From an uncultured Gemmatimonadales bacterium (GTDB lineage Bacteria > Gemmatimonadota > Gemmatimonadetes > Longimicrobiales > Gaopeijiaceae), in contig CAWGKG010000018.1 of assembly GCA_963823035.1 (NCBI GenBank), positions 1-64,000 of the forward strand: 64,000 nucleotides of DNA, written 5' to 3'. Positions 61,860 through 64,000 of the stretch are shown one piece after another; positions within the stretch are counted from its first letter, which is position 1, and each line of letters begins with the position of its first letter. A model generated the notes under the pieces. That model did not search any database. It saw only the letters and a program-made list of their open reading frames with translations, and was not told the DNA's origin. Position numbers and translations under genes: made by a program.

Positions 61860-63227
61860 TCAGCCGCCGGAAGGGCCGAGATCGTGGCGCTGCAGCCGGC
61901 GATAGAGCGCACTCCGGCTGAGGCCGAGCGCCTCCGCGGCCTTGCTCACGTTCCCCTGCGAGCGTTCCAGCGCCTTCTCGATGAGGAGACGCTCGGCCTC
62001 GTCGAGCGTCAGCTCCTCCATGAGCACCGAGCCGTCCTCCCGTCGCCGGAGGCCCAGGTCCGAAGCCTCGATGCGGCCGCCGCGCGCCATCAGCACCGAG
62101 CGCTCCACCGCGTGCTGCAGCTCGCGTACGTTGCCCGGCCAGGGGTGGCTCAGGAGCGCGTCCATCGCGGCCCGCGAGAAGTCCTCGAGGTCGCGCCCGT
62201 AGCGGCGGGCGGCGCGCGCGAGGAAGTGCTGCGCCAGGAGCGGGATGTCCTCCCTGCGCTCGCGGAGCGGCGGGATCCGGATCTCCACCGTGTTCAGCCG
62301 ATACAGGAGGTCCTCGCGAAACTCACCGCGGGACACCGCCTCCCCGAGGTTGGCGTTGGTGGCCGACAGGACGCGCACGTCCACCTTGCGCACCTTCGAC
62401 GACCCGACCCGCTGCACCTCCCCGGTCTCGAGCACCCGAAGGAGCTTCGCCTGCTGCCCGGGCTGGACGTTGGCGATCTCGTCCAGGAAGAGCGTGCCCT
62501 CGTCGGCCAGCTCGAAGCATCCGACCCGCTCGGTCTTCGCGTCCGTGAACGCACCCTTCACGTGCCCGAACAGCTCGCTCTCGAACACGCCTTCGCTGAA
62601 GCCACCGGCGTTCACGGCCACGAGGGCGTGCTTCGACCGACGCGACACGTGGTGCAGCCAGCGCGCCACCACCTCCTTCCCCGTGCCGTGCTCCCCGACG
62701 ATGAGCACGGTCGCGTCCGAAGGACCCACGCGCTCGATGTTGTCGAGCACCGGCCGCATCGCCTTCGAGCCGGCGATCAGCTCGGGCACGCCCTCGCCCT
62801 TCAGGTGCCGGTTCTCACTCTCGAGCCGTTGGCTCTTCCGCAGCGCTCGCCCCAGCTCGACGTGGGTGCGGATCATCGTGAGCAGGCGATCGTTGTCCCA
62901 CGGCTTCTCGATGTAGTCGCGGGCACCCCGGCGCATCGCCTCCACGGCCCCCTCGACGCTTCCCCACGCCGTCATGACCACCACCGGGAGCGTGCCCTCG
63001 AGCGCGCGCAGCTGGGTGAGGAGGTCGAGGCCCTCCTTCCCCGAAGTGGTGTCCCGCGTGTAGTTCAGATCCATGAGCACGAGGTCGAAGGCTCCCGCCT
63101 CGACGGCGTGCAGGATGCCCGCAGGGGAGCTGGCCGTCTGGATCTCGAAGCCCGCTCCCTTGAGAAGGAGGCGGAGGGCTTCGAGCACGTCCGGCTGGTC
63201 GTCGGCTACGAGGACACGAGGAGGCAT
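61860..63227 (-). CDS. Sigma-54-type (NtrC family) response regulator
   Basis: REC domain, GEHGTGKE, ESELFGHVKGAFTDA, LFLDEI, WPGNVREL and a Fis-type HTH. Confidence 0.94.
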   Translation of the reverse strand: MPPRVLVADDQPDVLEALRLLLKGAGFEIQTASSPAGILHAVEAGAFDLVLMDLNYTRDTTSGKEGLDLLTQLRALEGTLPVVVMTAWGSVEGAVEAMRRGARDYIEKPWDNDRLLTMIRTHVELGRALRKSQRLESENRHLKGEGVPELIAGSKAMRPVLDNIERVGPSDATVLIVGEHGTGKEVVARWLHHVSRRSKHALVAVNAGGFSEGVFESELFGHVKGAFTDAKTERVGCFELADEGTLFLDEIANVQPGQQAKLLRVLETGEVQRVGSSKVRKVDVRVLSATNANLGEAVSRGEFREDLLYRLNTVEIRIPPLRERREDIPLLAQHFLARAARRYGRDLEDFSRAAMDALLSHPWPGNVRELQHAVERSVLMARGGRIEASDLGLRRREDGSVLMEELTLDEAERLLIEKALERSQGNVSKAAEALGLSRSALYRRLQRHDLGPSGG

Positions 63228-63296
63228 GCTGAAGATTGACGGCGAGGCGGGTGGGGCGCCACCTGGCCGCCGGCGCGCCCGCTCCGCGGCGCGCTC

Positions 63297-63962
63297 CTAC
63301 TCCTCGACGATCCAGCCGTCCCGCAGCTGGACGATCCGGTTGCCGTACTTCGCGTACTCCTCGTTGTGCGTCACCTGGATGATCGTCGTGCCCTCGCGGT
63401 TGAGCTGCGCGAGGAGCTCCATGATCATCCGGCCCTGGCTGGAGTGCAGGCTCCCGGTGGGCTCGTCCGCGAGGATCATGGACGGCTCGGCGATGATCGC
63501 ACGCGCCACGGCCACGAGCTGCTGCTGTCCGCCGGAAAGCTGGCTCGGGTAGAGGTCCTTCTTCCCGACGATCTGGAAGCGGTCGAGCGTGTCGGCCACG
63601 ATCGCCTGACGGTCCTTGCGCTTCACGTTGCGGTACGAGAGCGGGATCTCGAGGTTCTCGTACACCGTCAGGTCGTCGAGCAGGTGGTACTGCTGGAAGA
63701 CGAACCCGATGTAGCGCTTGTTCAGGTCGATGCGCGCCCTGGGCTTCATGGCGTGCACCGGCTCCCCCAGGAGGTAGAACTCCCCCCGCCAGTCCCCGTC
63801 GAGCATCCCCAGGATCGACAGCAGGGTGGACTTCCCGGCCCCGGAGGGGCCCATGATGGTGACGAACTCGCCCTTGTCGACGTCGGCGTTGATGCGGCGA
63901 AGCACGAAGGTCTCGCCCGCGCCCGTCTTGAAGGACTTCTCCACATTTCTGAGCTTGATCAT
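63297..63962 (-). CDS. ABC transporter ATP-binding protein (MacB/LolD-like)
   Basis: GPSGAGKS, LSGGQQQ, LADEPTG and VTH motifs. Confidence 0.93.
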   Translation of the reverse strand: MIKLRNVEKSFKTGAGETFVLRRINADVDKGEFVTIMGPSGAGKSTLLSILGMLDGDWRGEFYLLGEPVHAMKPRARIDLNKRYIGFVFQQYHLLDDLTVYENLEIPLSYRNVKRKDRQAIVADTLDRFQIVGKKDLYPSQLSGGQQQLVAVARAIIAEPSMILADEPTGSLHSSQGRMIMELLAQLNREGTTIIQVTHNEEYAKYGNRIVQLRDGWIVEE

Positions 63963-64000
63963 GCTCCCTGTCCGCTCCTGGGCAGCGCCCACCCCCCACG

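Noticed and set aside
62545..62565. GAFTDA instead of GAFTGA in the NtrC-family regulator
   Set aside because: A common natural variant of the sigma-54 contact loop, not notable on its own.

Overview
A very GC-rich bacterial chromosomal segment, mostly core genes on the minus strand. Gene content and order suggest Gemmatimonadota (inference only). In order it holds: a hut cluster (hutI, hutU, hutH, ftcD) with an AhpD-like gene carrying an in-frame UGA; an ECF sigma module; an S9 peptidase; tRNA-Cys and tRNA-Gly; recN-ppnK-dxs-ispA-xseB-xseA-folD-rny-zapA-pheT-pheS-rplT-rpmI-infC; thrS; groEL-groES with a perfect CIRCE; coaX-birA-nadC-uppP-bshA-miaA-mutL-tatD-secF-secD; a diguanylate cyclase next to a PilB-like ATPase with a REC domain; a second ECF module with HEAT-repeat proteins; an NtrBC-like pair; and an ABC ATPase. 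Many genes, including essential ones, carry apparent single-base frameshifts, most likely sequencing or assembly indels. The strongest signals missed by the ORF track are: (1) a Thr-rich leader peptide plus terminator upstream of thrS (ribosome-mediated attenuation); (2) a probable CxxU selenoprotein with a SECIS-like hairpin coupled to hutH; (3) a C2H2 zinc-finger-like insertion inside FtcD; (4) a terminator/antiterminator leader and AUC start for infC; (5) a 75-nt synonymous AT-rich codon patch in xseA; (6) two inverted copies of a palindromic element with 9-bp periodicity. No CRISPR array, rRNA or transposase was seen. All calls come from reading the sequence; no searches were run.
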